A stretch of 64,000 nt of DNA from a virus: positions 1 through 64,000 of the IMG/VR virus record IMGVR_UViG_3300037467_002824. The stretch is one strand, 5' to 3'. The translations under genes and the position numbers were made by a program. Positions 35,263-40,756 of the stretch are shown here, piece after piece. The notes under the pieces were generated by a model that saw nothing but the letters and a program-made list of their open reading frames with translations, had not been told where the DNA came from and did not search any database. The number at the start of each line of letters is the position of its first letter. Within the stretch, counting starts at the first letter, position 1.

Positions 35263-35608
35263 TCAAATCCATCGATCCTCTCTGGGGTCATCTGAGTTCA
35301 ACACGGTTATCAACGCCGCGGTGTTCTTCGGGGGCCCCCAGAGGGGATCGGGGGACGGTTCTCAACGAGGTTTCTTCAGCCAAGTCGTCGCCCCAGCTGC
35401 AGCCGGGGATTCTGAAAAGAAGATGTGATAGGGGTGCACCGGAAGCTATCCCGCGCTGAGTCGCTCTCAGCTACACCATAGACGCAGCAGAAGTAATCTC
35501 GTTGAGCGCCGTACCTCGATTCCCGTGAAAGTTCAGCCATGTACCCCCTGCTCAACGGCCCCCTGAATCGCACCGCCGAGGTCAACTCCTCGGCAGCGGC
35601 GTACGTAT

Positions 35609-35680
35609 TCCAGGGTAGCTCAGCGGCAGAGCGATCGGCTGTTAACCGAATGGTCGTGGGTTCGATCCCCACCCCTGGAG
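35609..35680 (+). tRNA. tRNA-Asn (GTT)
   Basis: Hand fold: acceptor TCCAGGG/CCCTGGA, D stem GCTC/GAGC, anticodon loop CTGTTAA, T arm GTGGG-TTCGATC-CCCAC. CCA is encoded. Confidence 0.85.
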
Positions 35681-35712
35681 CCATCACCAAACGCGCCGGC
35701 GCCTCCAACGCC

Positions 35713-35784
35713 GGATCGTTGGCGTAGCGGCAGCGCACTCGCCTTTTAAGCGATGAGGCGCGGGTTCGATCCCCGCACGATCCA
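35713..35784 (+). tRNA. tRNA-Lys (TTT)
   Basis: Acceptor GGATCGT/ACGATCC, loop CTTTTAA, T arm GCGGG-TTCGATC-CCCGC. CCA is encoded. Confidence 0.8.
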
Positions 35785-35860
35785 CCATGAACACTCACAC
35801 GATGCGAGAACGCGAACAGGATTCCGAGCGGGCATAAGGCCCGCCTCGTTGAGTCCGTTC

Positions 35861-35932
35861 GCCCGCATCGTCTAGTGGCAGGACAGGCCGACTTTCAATC
35901 GGCAGAGCTGGGTTCGATTCCCAGTGCGGGCG
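35861..35932 (+). tRNA. tRNA-Glu (TTC)
   Basis: Acceptor GCCCGCA/TGCGGGC, D stem GTCT/GGAC, loop CTTTCAA, 4-nt variable loop, T arm CTGGG-TTCGATT-CCCAG. One extra nt lies between the D and anticodon stems. CCA is encoded. Confidence 0.75.
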
Positions 35933-35936
35933 CCAC

Positions 35937-36007
35937 GCCTTCGCGCATCGGGTATGCACCACCGGCTGTCTACCGGTCGGTCTGGGGTTCGAGTCCCCTC
36001 GGAGGCG
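35937..36007 (+). tRNA. tRNA-Asp (GTC)-like, atypical D arm
   Basis: Acceptor GCCTTCG/CGGAGGC, loop CTGTCTA (T at position 37), T arm TGGGG-TTCGAGT-CCCCT. The D region is only 17 nt, lacks a canonical U8 and has a GCAT/ATGC mini-stem. Confidence 0.5.
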
Positions 36008-36011
36008 CTAC

Positions 36012-36084
36012 GCGCGCATCGTCTATCGGTCAGGACAGCTGGTTCTCAACTAGCGAAGAGCGGGTTCGATTCCCCTTGCGCGCA
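36012..36084 (+). tRNA. tRNA-Glu (CTC)
   Basis: Acceptor GCGCGCA/TGCGCGC, D stem GTCT/GGAC, loop TTCTCAA, T arm GCGGG-TTCGATT-CCCCT (one mismatch). Confidence 0.7.
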
Positions 36085-36236
36085 TCGCCTTCACGACTAG
36101 GATTCAAGCAGCCATGAAGCTCTCACACACGACCAAGCTGACGCGGTGCCTCGGAGGGGCACTTGCGAGCGGTCGTGTGGGCACGCGACGGCGCTGACAG
36201 CCAGGCGATACGAAGCCTGGCAGCCAGTCCGATTAC

Positions 36237-36311
36237 GTGCCCGTAGCTCAATGGATTAGCAGCGCTGCGCTACGAACGCAGAGGTTGGGGGTTCGAGTCC
36301 CTCCGGGTACG
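36237..36311 (+). tRNA. tRNA-Arg (ACG)
   Basis: Acceptor GTGCCCG/CGGGTAC, loop CTACGAA, T arm GGGGG-TTCGAGT-CCCTC. CCA is encoded. Confidence 0.8.
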
Positions 36312-36315
36312 CCAT

Positions 36316-36387
36316 GCGCTTGTAGCTCAATGGAAGAGCACCGCCCTCCGAAGGCGGGGGCCGCAGGTTCGAGTCCTGTCAGGCGCG
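36316..36387 (+). tRNA. tRNA-Arg (CCG)
   Basis: Acceptor GCGCTTG/CAGGCGC, D stem GCTC/GAGC, loop CTCCGAA, T arm GCAGG-TTCGAGT-CCTGT. Confidence 0.8.
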
Positions 36388-36392
36388 CTACC

Positions 36393-36405
36393 TGAACCGG
36401 GTTCA
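36393..36405. repeat. Palindrome TGAACCGGGTTCA in a tRNA spacer
   Basis: Perfect 13-nt palindrome between tRNA-Arg(CCG) and tRNA-Gly(GCC). The identical 13-mer occurs at 45160-45172. Confidence 0.8.
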
Positions 36406-36410
36406 GATTC

Positions 36411-36482
36411 GCGGGTGTCGCTCAGTGGTAGAGCACCAGCATGCCACGCTGGAATTCGAGGGTTCGATTCCCTTCACCCGCT
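36411..36482 (+). tRNA. tRNA-Gly (GCC)
   Basis: Acceptor GCGGGTG/CACCCGC, D stem GCTC/GAGC, loop ATGCCAC, T arm GAGGG-TTCGATT-CCCTT, discriminator T. Confidence 0.8.
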
Positions 36483-36486
36483 CTTC

Positions 36487-36557
36487 GCGGACGTGGGTCA
36501 TAGGCTGATCTCTGGGTTTCCACCCCAGCTAAGCGAGTTCGAGTCTCGCCGTCCGCT
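36487..36557 (+). tRNA. tRNA-Gly (TCC)
   Basis: Acceptor GCGGACG/CGTCCGC, D stem GGTC/GATC, loop TTTCCAC, T arm GCGAG-TTCGAGT-CTCGC. Confidence 0.8.
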
Positions 36558-36573
36558 CTAAGTAAAGTTTCAC

Positions 36574-36602
36574 TTGCGTATATGTAAAGCCTCCTTTACA
36601 TT
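36574..36602 (+). promoter_or_regulatory. Internal promoter-like element of the tRNA island
   Basis: TTGCGT-N17-TACATT in an AT-rich spacer. It overlaps an 8-bp hairpin ATGTAAAG-CCTC-CTTTACAT. Confidence 0.4.
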
Positions 36603-36607
36603 TCGAT

Positions 36608-36684
36608 TGCGGCGTAGGGAAGTCAGGTCGTTCCCGCTGGCCTCATAAGCCGGAGATCGCAGGTTCAAATCCTGCCGCACGCAA
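36608..36684 (+). tRNA. tRNA with CAT anticodon (Met or Ile2), bulged acceptor stem
   Basis: 5' TGCGGCG pairs with 3' CGC(A)CGCA only if one A is bulged. D stem GGGA/TCCC with an 11-nt loop, anticodon loop CTCATAA, T arm GCAGG-TTCAAAT-CCTGC. Confidence 0.5.
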
Positions 36685-36798
36685 CCAAGCCAATGAACGC
36701 GTACATCGACATCACCCCGTGCCTATCGCTGGAGCAGTTGCTTAGCGGCGCCGGGGCGTTGTTGCGTGTGTAAACACACGACCCCGGCAGCAAGCTTC

Positions 36799-36880
36799 GG
36801 CCGGGTGGCGTAATGGAAGCCGCGCTGCGTTCAGACCGCAGTGTCCTTGTGACGTAGGGGTTCGACTCCCCTCCCGGCCA
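36799..36880 (+). tRNA. tRNA-Leu (CAG)
   Basis: Acceptor GGCCGGG/CCCGGCC, loop TTCAGAC, long variable arm, T arm AGGGG-TTCGACT-CCCCT. Confidence 0.8.
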
Positions 36881-36884
36881 CTCT

Positions 36885-36967
36885 CCGTGAGTGGCGTAAT
36901 GGCAGCCGCGCCAGCCTGAGTAGCTGGTGCCCGAAAGGGCGTGCAGGTTCGACTCCTGTCTCACGGA
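36885..36967 (+). tRNA. tRNA-Leu (GAG)
   Basis: Acceptor CCGTGAG/CTCACGG, loop CTGAGTA, variable arm GCCC-GAAA-GGGC, T arm GCAGG-TTCGACT-CCTGT. Confidence 0.75.
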
Positions 36968-36971
36968 CTAC

Positions 36972-37052
36972 GGCCTCGTGGTGAAACGGAAGACGCGCCC
37001 GGTTCAAACCCGGGTACCTACGGGTGTGAGAGTTCGAATCTCTCCGGGGCCA
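36972..37052 (+). tRNA. tRNA-Leu (CAA)
   Basis: Acceptor GGCCTCG/CGGGGCC, loop TTCAAAC, long variable arm, T arm GAGAG-TTCGAAT-CTCTC. Confidence 0.8.
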
Positions 37053-37069
37053 CTAAATTCACTGCCGAC

Positions 37070-37098
37070 TTGCATTTCGTTTTCACCCCTTCTATACT
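37070..37098 (+). promoter_or_regulatory. Internal sigma70-like promoter of the tRNA island
   Basis: TTGCAT-N17-TATACT, 31 nt upstream of tRNA-Ser(GCT). This is the best consensus match in the window. Confidence 0.55.
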
Positions 37099-37128
37099 GA
37101 CCCTCGTGAACCTCATGGATCACAATTT

Positions 37129-37215
37129 GGAGCATTGCCAGAGCGGCCGATTGGGCACGCCTGCTAAGCGTGCGGTGTCGCAAGGCACCCCTGCGTTCGA
37201 ATCGCAGATGCTCCG
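37129..37215 (+). tRNA. tRNA-Ser (GCT)
   Basis: Acceptor GGAGCAT/ATGCTCC, loop CTGCTAA, long variable arm, T arm CTGCG-TTCGAAT-CGCAG. Confidence 0.8.
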
Positions 37216-37323
37216 CTCGTGGTGTGTCATTACGACGACCACGAGCAGTCCGAAGCAGTTCAAGTCATCGCGCTCCTGAATCACTAGCTGTCCAAGACAT
37301 CGCCGTCTCGGACGGCGAATTCT

Positions 37324-37410
37324 GGAGCGGTGTCAGAGAGTGGTTTATTCCGGCGGTCTCGAAAATCGTCACACCTTCGGGTGTCGTGGGTTCGAATCCC
37401 ACCCGCTCCT
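37324..37410 (+). tRNA. tRNA-Ser (CGA)
   Basis: Acceptor GGAGCGG/CCGCTCC, loop CTCGAAA, variable arm CACACC-TTCG-GGTGTC, T arm GTGGG-TTCGAAT-CCCAC. CCA is encoded. Confidence 0.8.
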
Positions 37411-37493
37411 CCAGGAATACGATGAACACGTTGAGCAACACGATCCTGCGTCTGAAGCCCGGCCCCGAGGGAGAACCTCGGGAGCTGTTGCTT

Positions 37494-37566
37494 CCGGTCG
37501 TAGCTCAACTGGCAGAGCAAGCCCCTCTTAAGGGCGAGGTTGCGGGATCGTTGCCCGCCGACCGGA
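37494..37566 (+). tRNA. tRNA-Lys (CTT), unusual T loop
   Basis: Acceptor CCGGTCG/CGACCGG, D stem GCTC/GAGC, loop CTCTTAA, T arm GCGGG-ATCGTTG-CCCGC (A54/T58 instead of T54/A58). Confidence 0.65.
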
Positions 37567-37575
37567 CTGATGAAC

Positions 37576-37647
37576 GCGCGCGTGGTCTAATGGCTGGGCA
37601 CCTGGTTTACACCCAGGCTCATGGAGGTTCGATCCCTTCCGCGCGTA
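37576..37647 (+). tRNA. tRNA-Val (TAC)
   Basis: Acceptor GCGCGCG/CGCGCGT (G1.T72 wobble), D stem GTCT/GGGC, loop TTTACAC, T arm GGAGG-TTCGATC-CCTTC. Confidence 0.75.
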
Positions 37648-37685
37648 CCGGCAATCGAATGTGCACGCGAGTCGTCACAGTCGTC

Positions 37686-37752
37686 GCCGGTGTGAAGGTC
37701 AAGTCGATCTCTCATAAGGATCTGGCGGCGGGTTCGAGTCCCGCCACCGGCA
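37686..37752 (+). tRNA. tRNA-like with CAT anticodon and a reduced D arm
   Basis: Acceptor GCCGGTG/CACCGGC, loop CTCATAA, T arm GCGGG-TTCGAGT-CCCGC, CCA encoded. Only 13 nt (TGAAGGTCAAGTC) lie between the acceptor and anticodon stems. Total length 67 nt. Confidence 0.45.
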
Positions 37753-37787
37753 CCAATCGAAGGCCGAGAGAGCTGAATTGAAGCTCT

Positions 37788-37860
37788 CTCGGTGTAGCTC
37801 ACAAGGACGAGCAGCGGCGTTCTAATCCGCAGGAAGTCGGTTCGAATCCGACCACCGAGA
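37788..37860 (+). tRNA. tRNA-Arg (TCT)
   Basis: Acceptor CTCGGTG/CACCGAG, D stem GCTC/GAGC, loop GTTCTAA, T arm GTCGG-TTCGAAT-CCGAC. CCA is encoded. Confidence 0.75.
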
Positions 37861-37940
37861 CCAAGAAGATGAACCTCACGCGCACCACCACTACGACCGC
37901 CACTCGAACGCGAACAACGCGTTCGGTGGCAGCTGTATGT

Positions 37941-38013
37941 GCTGGTGTAGCTCGATTGGAAGAGCACTCGCCTTGTAAGCGAGAGACAGCGGGTTCGAAT
38001 CCCGTCACCAGCT
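37941..38013 (+). tRNA. tRNA-Thr (TGT)
   Basis: Acceptor GCTGGTG/CACCAGC, D stem GCTC/GAGC, loop CTTGTAA, T arm GCGGG-TTCGAAT-CCCGT. CCA is encoded. Confidence 0.85.
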
Positions 38014-38018
38014 CCAAC

Positions 38019-38091
38019 GCTGGTGAAGCACGTTTGGACGTGCACCCGCATGGTAAGCGGGAGGCAGTGGGTTCGAATCCCATCACCAGCT
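38019..38091 (+). tRNA. tRNA-Thr (GGT)
   Basis: Acceptor GCTGGTG/CACCAGC, D stem GCAC/GTGC, loop ATGGTAA, T arm GTGGG-TTCGAAT-CCCAT. CCA is encoded. Confidence 0.85.
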
Positions 38092-38096
38092 CCAAC

Positions 38097-38169
38097 GCCG
38101 GTGAGGCTCATGTGGATGAGCGCTGCACTCGTAACGCAGACTCAACGGGTTCGACTCCCGTCACCGGCT
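38097..38169 (+). tRNA. tRNA-Thr (CGT)
   Basis: Acceptor GCCGGTG/CACCGGC, D stem GCTC/GAGC, loop CTCGTAA, T arm ACGGG-TTCGACT-CCCGT. CCA is encoded. Confidence 0.8.
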
Positions 38170-38241
38170 CCAAGACCATGATGAACAAGAGCACGCCCCT
38201 CATTACCAACGCCTGCGAGTCGCTCGCAGGCAGCGGTGTAT

Positions 38242-38313
38242 GCGTGGGTAGCTCAATGGTAGAGCACTCGACCGATAATCGAGAGACGATGGGTTCGATC
38301 CCCGCCCCACGTA
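38242..38313 (+). tRNA. tRNA-Ile (GAT), C at position 33
   Basis: Acceptor GCGTGGG/CCCACGT (G1.T72), D stem GCTC/GAGC, loop CCGATAA, T arm ATGGG-TTCGATC-CCCGC (mismatched). CCA is encoded. Confidence 0.65.
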
Positions 38314-38357
38314 CCATGGGAGTTCTGGATCACTTTACCGCCGGCGCCTTCGCGTCT

Positions 38358-38431
38358 GCCGGTGAAGCTGACATGGTGACTAGCGCTCCCCTGAAGAGGG
38401 AGAGGAGTCCGTTCGATTCGGACCTCCGGCA
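38358..38431 (+). tRNA. tRNA-Phe (GAA)
   Basis: Acceptor GCCGGTG/CTCCGGC (one T.T mismatch), loop CTGAAGA, T arm GTCCG-TTCGATT-CGGAC. Confidence 0.7.
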
Positions 38432-38470
38432 CCTCGGTCCTCTTTGGCGACCCTTCGACGTATCCCGCAT

Positions 38471-38539
38471 GCGGGTACGCGCTGGGCGCCGTGCGAACTC
38501 CAAATCCGCTACGCGTCGGTTCGATTCCGACTACCCGTG
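38471..38539 (+). tRNA. tRNA-Trp (CCA), short D region
   Basis: Acceptor GCGGGTA/TACCCGT (G1.T72), loop CTCCAAA, T arm GTCGG-TTCGATT-CCGAC, CCA encoded. The D region is only 15 nt. Total length 69 nt. Confidence 0.55.
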
Positions 38540-38588
38540 CCATCATCTGCAGCAACCCGAGCAGCGCCCGTAACTGGGTCCACTGTAT

Positions 38589-38661
38589 TCGGGGATAGCT
38601 CAATTGGCAGAGCGGCGGCCTCTGACGTCGTTGGTTGAAGGTTCGACTCCTTCTCCCCGAG
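38589..38661 (+). tRNA. tRNA-Gln (CTG)
   Basis: Acceptor TCGGGGA/TCCCCGA (U1-A72, as in bacterial tRNA-Gln), D stem GCTC/GAGC, loop CTCTGAC, T arm GAAGG-TTCGACT-CCTTC. Confidence 0.8.
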
Positions 38662-38666
38662 CTAAT

Positions 38667-38739
38667 TCGGGAGTCGTCTAATTGGCAGGACACCCGCCTT
38701 TGAAGCGGGCCGGTGCGGGTTCGAGTCCCTCCTCCCGAG
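38667..38739 (+). tRNA. tRNA-Gln (TTG)
   Basis: Acceptor TCGGGAG/CTCCCGA, D stem GTCT/GGAC, loop CTTTGAA, T arm GCGGG-TTCGAGT-CCCTC. CCA is encoded. Confidence 0.8.
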
Positions 38740-38743
38740 CCAC

Positions 38744-38771
38744 TTGTATATCGTCTGAACTGGGTTACACT
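38744..38771 (+). promoter_or_regulatory. Internal promoter-like element of the tRNA island
   Basis: TTGTAT-N16-TACACT directly after tRNA-Gln(TTG). It lies 12 nt upstream of a 35-codon ORF (38784-38891) and 157 nt upstream of tRNA-Pro. Confidence 0.4.
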
Positions 38772-38928
38772 CTGGAAGTCATCATGAAGCGCTCGCACCA
38801 CATCGCAGCCCTGTTCGCCGCCGCCAAGGCGTGCGACGCGGCGGTGTATCGAGCGCCCGGCGCCCCGCAGCCTACCGTCGCTGGTCTCTGAGCTTCGCTC
38901 AGACCCAGCTGCAAACGACGGATGATTG

Positions 38929-39002
38929 CTGGGCGTAGCGAAGACAGGTATCGCGCTGCTTTCGGGAAGCAGAGATCGCAGGTTCGAGTCCTGCCGCCCA
39001 GA
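38929..39002 (+). tRNA. tRNA-Pro (CGG)
   Basis: Acceptor CTGGGCG/CGCCCAG, D stem GCGA/TCGC, loop TTCGGGA, T arm GCAGG-TTCGAGT-CCTGC. CCA is encoded. Confidence 0.85.
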
Positions 39003-39006
39003 CCAT

Positions 39007-39078
39007 CGGAGAGTAGCCGAATGGTTAGGCGCCTGATTTGGGATCAGGAAAGCGCAGGTTCGATTCCTGTCTCTCCGA
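39007..39078 (+). tRNA. tRNA-Pro (TGG)
   Basis: Acceptor CGGAGAG/CTCTCCG, loop TTTGGGA, T arm GCAGG-TTCGATT-CCTGT. Confidence 0.8.
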
Positions 39079-39087
39079 CTAGTACAC

Positions 39088-39158
39088 GGGCTCGTAGCTC
39101 AATGGGAGAGCTGCCGGTTTGCACCCGGCCGATGGGGGTTCGATTCCTCTCGGGTCCA
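39088..39158 (+). tRNA. tRNA-Ala (TGC)
   Basis: Acceptor GGGCTCG/CGGGTCC with the G3.T70 Ala identity pair, D stem GCTC/GAGC, loop TTTGCAC, T arm GGGGG-TTCGATT-CCTCT. Confidence 0.8.
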
Positions 39159-39168
39159 CTGAATTCTC

Positions 39169-39196
39169 TTGCATCCTGTTTGAAACACGCTAGGCT
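39169..39196 (+). promoter_or_regulatory. Internal promoter-like element of the tRNA island
   Basis: TTGCAT-N16-TAGGCT, 76 nt upstream of tRNA-Tyr. Confidence 0.35.
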
Positions 39197-39271
39197 ATTC
39201 ACGTGATCCTCACTCATTGTCATCGCCATTCGTATTGAGCGCCTCGGGCTGGCGGCCCGATAGACGCATAC

Positions 39272-39354
39272 GTGGCGGTGTACCCGAGTGGGATGGGCTC
39301 TGACTGTAGATCAGAGGGCTTTTGCCAGAGCAGGTTCGATTCCTGCCCGCCACA
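39272..39354 (+). tRNA. tRNA-Tyr (GTA)
   Basis: Acceptor GTGGCGG/CCGCCAC, loop CTGTAGA, long variable arm, T arm GCAGG-TTCGATT-CCTGC. Confidence 0.8.
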
Positions 39355-39356
39355 CT

Positions 39357-39428
39357 TTGATCGAGCACGAAGAGTCGAGTGGGAAGGCTGTGAACCTTCA
39401 GAAGCGGGTGCGAGTCCCGTCGATCAAC
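39357..39428 (+). tRNA. tRNA-His (GTG), unusual T loop
   Basis: Acceptor TTGATCG/CGATCAA, loop CTGTGAA, T arm GCGGG-TGCGAGT-CCCGT (G at position 55). No encoded G-1 pairs with C73. Confidence 0.6.
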
Positions 39429-39651
39429 CCAATATCATTCCTGCATGCGTGAGAAAATCCGTGAGCTACTTCGCCCTCTCGTTCCCTATCTGTACATCCT
39501 GTTGCTGTTGATCAGCGGCTGCATCGGGTGGGCGCTCCATGAAGCGCGTCACCCCTGATGTGCCCGAGGGTGAAGAGGCCGAACCACCGGATTGCAACCC
39601 CGGTCCAAGCCGGTTCAAGACCGGCCGGGCACTCCGCTATATGATTGACGC

Positions 39652-40272
39652 ATGCGCTACCTGATCGCTCTGCTGTTCGTGCTCGCATCCTGCGTGTCAC
39701 CCGATCCAGCTCACTACGGCACCAAGACCGTGGCGACCAACCTCTGCCGCGAGCCCCAAGCCACCTACGCTCGCAACGTGGAGAACCTCAACATGCTGGG
39801 TCTCTCGGCCTGGCATCTCCGCACCGACCTCGCGTCGACACTCGATGTCGAGATCGAGTGCAACGACTTCACCTCGGACTGCATGGACTTCCACATCTCC
39901 GCGGCGTGTGGTCCTCAAGCCGGCTACTACACCCTCGGCTCGTTCGCCGTTCACATCGACCCGGCGCGCGCCAACGGTGAGTTCGCCTTCTCGGGCGTCG
40001 CGAACCACGAACTGATCCACTGGTACATCTACAACGGGCCGCACCCGGAACGGGCGCGCATGCACATCTGTGAGTGCGGCGTGGCTGCTCCCGAGTGCTG
40101 GCCGGGCGACTGCGGGCACAACAACTTGATGAGCCCCGTTCTCGCCGGCCTCGGTACCTCCACGATGTCGAGCTGGAACGGCGACCTCGAATCGGCCGAC
40201 GTCGGAGAGATCACTCAGAACTTCCCGACCGAGATGGACCGCCGCTTCGTGCTCTGGGCGATCACGCCCTAG
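39652..40272 (+). CDS. Secreted lipoprotein zinc metalloprotease candidate (HExxH)
   Basis: 206 aa. Signal peptide with lipobox LFVLAS-C, zinc motif VANHELIHW, possible Met-turn NNLMSP, and 10 Cys. Confidence 0.45.
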   Translation: MRYLIALLFVLASCVSPDPAHYGTKTVATNLCREPQATYARNVENLNMLGLSAWHLRTDLASTLDVEIECNDFTSDCMDFHISAACGPQAGYYTLGSFAVHIDPARANGEFAFSGVANHELIHWYIYNGPHPERARMHICECGVAAPECWPGDCGHNNLMSPVLAGLGTSTMSSWNGDLESADVGEITQNFPTEMDRRFVLWAITP

Positions 40273-40616
40273 TCCTTCAGGACGTCTCGCATCAGAGCGT
40301 CCAGCTCCGCGTCACGCTCCCGTTGTGGGAGCGTCCAGTACACCTTCATCTCTCTCAACAGCGCCTCAGCTCGTTCTTCGATTCGACGGCTTGAATAGCC
40401 GTTGTGAAGAGCTTCGAGCAGTTGGTCGAGCACCTTCAGCCCCCGCGCCGCCGTGTACTTCCAGGCTTCGACCTCCATCTGGAGGTTGGCGTTAGCCACG
40501 CGCTCTTCGCCGAGTTCTTCGACGACGCGATCGTATTCCTCACGTCGAACCATCGCGCTCTCCTCATGGCGGTCGTCGCGATGGCGGCCGTCAGATTCAT
40601 GATAGTCGTTCCACAT
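40269..40616 (-). CDS. Hypothetical charged helical protein
   Basis: 115 aa. Its stop overlaps the stop of 39652..40272 on CTAG. Glu/Arg-rich helices. Confidence 0.5.
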   Translation of the reverse strand: MWNDYHESDGRHRDDRHEESAMVRREEYDRVVEELGEERVANANLQMEVEAWKYTAARGLKVLDQLLEALHNGYSSRRIEERAEALLREMKVYWTLPQRERDAELDALMRDVLKD

Positions 40617-40649
40617 GTGGCCCCGTTGCCCTTGTTCTACCCGTGTGAG

Positions 40650-40664
40650 CTAACCCGGTAAAGC
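40650..40664. repeat. 15-mer CTAACCCGGTAAAGC (copy 2)
   Basis: Located in the divergent intergenic region 40617-40756. Identical to 34199-34213. Confidence 0.8.
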
Positions 40665-40756
40665 TTCGTGCACGAATCCGGGCCGTGAATTCTGCTCCCT
40701 ATACTTGGGAGCGCCGTTCACCACGGAGGCCGCATGAATCTCACTACGGTCGTTCG

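Noticed and set aside
35376-38801. ORFs overlapping the tRNA island (for example 35376..35798, 36665..36964, 37587..38111, 37869..38573, 38253..38801)
   Set aside because: They run straight through cloverleaf-forming tRNA sequences on either strand. Their apparent conservation is the repeated T-arm and acceptor sequence.
35609-39428. tRNA island as a prophage attachment site or genomic-island border
   Set aside because: No integrase, excisionase or direct-repeat att core was seen in the window. Genes on both sides are phage-like, so the tRNAs are phage cargo rather than a host integration target.
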